A stretch of DNA of 47,206 nucleotides, taken from assembly GCA_030167865.1 (NCBI GenBank), contig JALAGF010000931.1, forward strand, positions 1 through 47,206, given 5' to 3'. The stretch comes from Craspedostauros australis. Taxonomy: Eukaryota. Numbering within the stretch: position 1 is the stretch's first letter; the number at the start of each line of letters is the position of its first letter. The notes beneath the pieces are model-generated. The model saw only the letters and a list, made by a program, of their open reading frames with translations. It had not been told where the DNA came from and searched no databases. The translations under genes were made by a program, and so were the position numbers. This document shows positions 44,306 through 47,206 of this stretch, in pieces.

Positions 44306-46005
44306 TTACAGAGCCGTTCCACGTTCCAGATTCTGTCGAATATCGGCCGTGTGCTTGTCGAATTGTCGGCTGAGCTTCTCGTTGAAACGCTTGTTGCGCT
44401 TGTTGATGGAGGAGATATCGGACTCGTTGAATTCCAGGCTGCGCTTGGCGGCGGCGGCGCGGCTCTTGTCGATGCGACGGTGCATCTCCTTGGCCAGACG
44501 GCGTGCTCCGGCGCGTTCCTTCGTGTTGCCACCCGACAGCGCCGATGCGCCGCCCAGGGTGGGATCAAATGTGTCTGTGGAGGATGCGGTCATGGATGCT
44601 GCGTTGTCGGAGTTGGTGTTGTGGACGATGGTCTTCATGTTGCGCTGGTAGTTGCGATGCTGCCCCTCGGAGTTGTGATAGTCGTTGACGTCGAATTGGT
44701 TTTGCACCATCTTTTCTTGCGCGTGATATGTCTTGTTCTGTGGTGTTGTTGGAGTTGCGGTGACAATTGCGGTTGTGGTTCCATTGACGGTTGGGAGCAT
44801 GAATTGGATCAAAGTGAAGACGAATGAGCAAGGAGGAAAGTCAGCGAATGCATTTAATTGAATGTGTGAGTGGATCATGGACTTCTCTGACGACACGTAC
44901 ACACGAACGCAATTTGCAAGCCAACAACGATGACGGCAAATGCGCCTTCCATCACTCCCCGACACACCACAATACAATGCAATTCGGACATACACACACA
45001 AATCCTCCATCGCACACGCAAGTTCACACGCACCATACTATCCTTCGCGGATGTGACGAGATACTTGGCGTCCACACCGCTGCTGGATGCCACCTCGATC
45101 GCCTTGGAGTTGTTCTTATTCCACTCCTCCTTCTGGCTGCGCTTGTCCTGTCGCAGCTGACGTTGCCGCGCCTTGGCCGCGCCCTCCATGCTGCCCAACC
45201 GTTCACCTTCCTTGACTACGGCCTGGCGATTCAGCTGCTTGGCCTGGTTCATTTTCAACTTCAAATTGCGAATGCGCTGCTGCATGGCGGTCGATTTGAT
45301 TTTGGATTTGGACGTCTGCACCAAGGTGGACTGTTCGGGATCCATCTCCCTGGCTTCGGCCTCCGCCTTCTTCTTGGCCTCCTCTTCTTCCGCCAATTTC
45401 TGGGCCGCAGCAGCTTCTGCTGCCTTCTTCGTTTGTTCCGCTTCGAAATCGACTGCGTTGGCATCGTCCTCCGCAGCATCGGCGTCATCCGCGCCACCCT
45501 TAGTATTGTCAAGACCGCATTTGACAACGCGGATGGCCTGCAAGGGACGATCCGTGCTGCTGTCGATCGGGACCTGCTCCAGTTGCTGGAGGACCTCGAA
45601 GGACGACGCCTCGACGTGGCCGAACACGACGTGCTTGCCATTGAGATGCGACGTCGCGCGGAACGTGATGAAGAACTGGGAGCCGTTGGTGTTGCGTCCC
45701 GAGTTGGCCATGCTGAGCATGCCGCGCTTCGCGTGCGCGTGGATGAAGTTCTCGTCATCGAACTTGTCGCCGTAGATGGAACGTCCGCCCGTGCCGTCGC
45801 CGTTCGTGAAGTCCCCGCCCTGCGCCATGAAGTTGGGGATGATGCGGTGGAAGGCGGAGGCGAGGTATCCCTCACCGGCCGGCTTCTGCAGCAGAGCGGC
45901 GAAGTTATTCACCGTGCGCGGGACGCTGTCATCGTACAGCGCCAGATCGAGCCGTCCCAAGGGGCTGTCGCCGTGCGTCAACTCGATGAATGCTTTCTGA
46001 ACCAT
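44306..46005 (-). CDS. SYF2: Cyclophilin-type PPIase fused to pre-mRNA splicing factor SYF2 (~467 aa); exons 46005-45034 and 44737-44306
   Basis: Cyclophilin motifs VPRTVNNF, FHRIIPNFMAQGGDFT, SIYGDKFDDENF, LSMANSGRNTNGSQFFIT and HLNGKHVVFG. The C-terminus DISSINKRNKRFNEKLSRQFDKHTADIRQNLERGTAL is the SYF2 signature. An in-frame GT-AG intron lies at 45033-44738 (GTGCGT...CCACAG). Confidence 0.88.
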
Positions 46006-47037
46006 GCTTGCTTATTGTTGATTGCTTATTGTTGATTGTTGATTGTTGATTGTTGCTGAGGGTCGGCTGTTGGTTCTGCTCCTGTCGATGATGATCTGAA
46101 TGAAATGGAGTCAAAGTCGATTGAAGGCTTGCGTTGTGCAATGTCGGAAGCAAGTGCGCTGTCTTTCTTCTTTCGCTCGTTTCGCCTCCACGCTCGTGTG
46201 ATGAGCAATCGAAAAACACGAAAAGTAGTCTTGTTTTCGCTTGTGTGGTTTCGTCGACTCCATCGAATCACGAACGACGGACAGACCTATGCAACTACTA
46301 GAATTCTGCCATCGTTCTATCTCTCTATCTCTATCTAGTGTCTTTTGGCTTGGGTGGAGGCCAATTTTTTTGGTAACCATTGGTAATTTTTGGTAACTAG
46401 TCGTATGAGTCAATTTCGCCGTAGACGCTGGTACATTTTGTACGTCAGTCCCACTCGAAGCTGCCCAAAAAACACCTTTTCTGCCACAAACCTCCTCGGC
46501 AAGTTCATGCCGCTCCATTTGTTTGAGCTCTTCTTTGGTGAGCACTATCGTGTGTGGCTTGTAATCATCCTCTCCAACTTTGGTGGCGATTGGTTGGGTA
46601 GTGGTTGAGATCTGTTTGTTTCTTTGGAGCAGGCACTCGTTGCTTCCATTCACGAATGCCAATCACCGCGATGTATCGTGGCGAATTTCTCTGTGCCCCA
46701 GTGCGTGTTAACACGCGATGGAAATGATCACACAACATTGTGGTGCCAACCAATGTGTTCTTCACATGCTATGATCAGTTCCTTGTATCTTGTTATCATC
46801 CATTGCGACTTCGTTCATCGTATTGCGTTGTAGTTGATTATGGTTGATAAGTTCTGCAATAGCGTTTTAGTTCTACTCCAGAATACTGTTTACCAGCAAT
46901 CACCTTGGCAACAGCAACTTGGATGCATGTGTATCGTTGCATCCATCCTGTTTGGGAGAGCAATGATCCCTTGGTTAGCAGCAGCACACAATAGCAGTCC
47001 AGAATAGAGCAGAGTCGACTGTTTCACACTGAGGAGT

Positions 47038-47055
47038 NNNNNNNNNNNNNNNNNN
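47038..47055. other. Assembly gap (18 N)
   Basis: Run of N. Confidence 1.
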
Positions 47056-47206
47056 CACCGCTCTTCTTTGGATCTTCCGCATCGCTGAGCATGTGCAACT
47101 GCGCCGCGCAAAATTTCCACGCCATGTGCGCGCATTTTAGCATGTGTCACGTGCGCAATGTAGAGGCCAATGTTCGATTGGCCATAGTTGCGCTGGAGAT
47201 CGTATA

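Noticed and set aside
47165-47183. GGCCAAT-GTTCG-ATTGGCC 7-bp hairpin
   Set aside because: Isolated, at the window edge next to a gap, with no context to assign a function.

Overview
Eukaryotic, intron-containing genomic DNA with diatom/stramenopile-like gene content (organism inferred, not proven). In order, it encodes: a coiled-coil protein; a soluble FAD fumarate-reductase-like protein (1 intron); a possible small membrane protein; two head-to-head FkbM-type methyltransferase paralogs; a single-ORF fusion of a clavaminate-synthase-like (TauD) Fe/2OG dioxygenase with a xylose-reductase-like aldo-keto reductase; two tandem secreted trypsin-like serine proteases; a Rev7-like HORMA protein; a full-size ABCA transporter; and a cyclophilin-SYF2 fusion (1 intron). 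The ABCA gene is split by an intact 8,838-bp non-LTR retrotransposon (31359-40196) inserted antisense into an exon. The element has a PHD-like ORF1, an APE-RT-RNase H-CCHC ORF2 (Ambal-like), a (TTA)4 tail and a perfect 17-bp target-site duplication. Removing it restores a 1,697-aa ABCA ORF. All homology calls come from motif recognition by eye; no searches were run.
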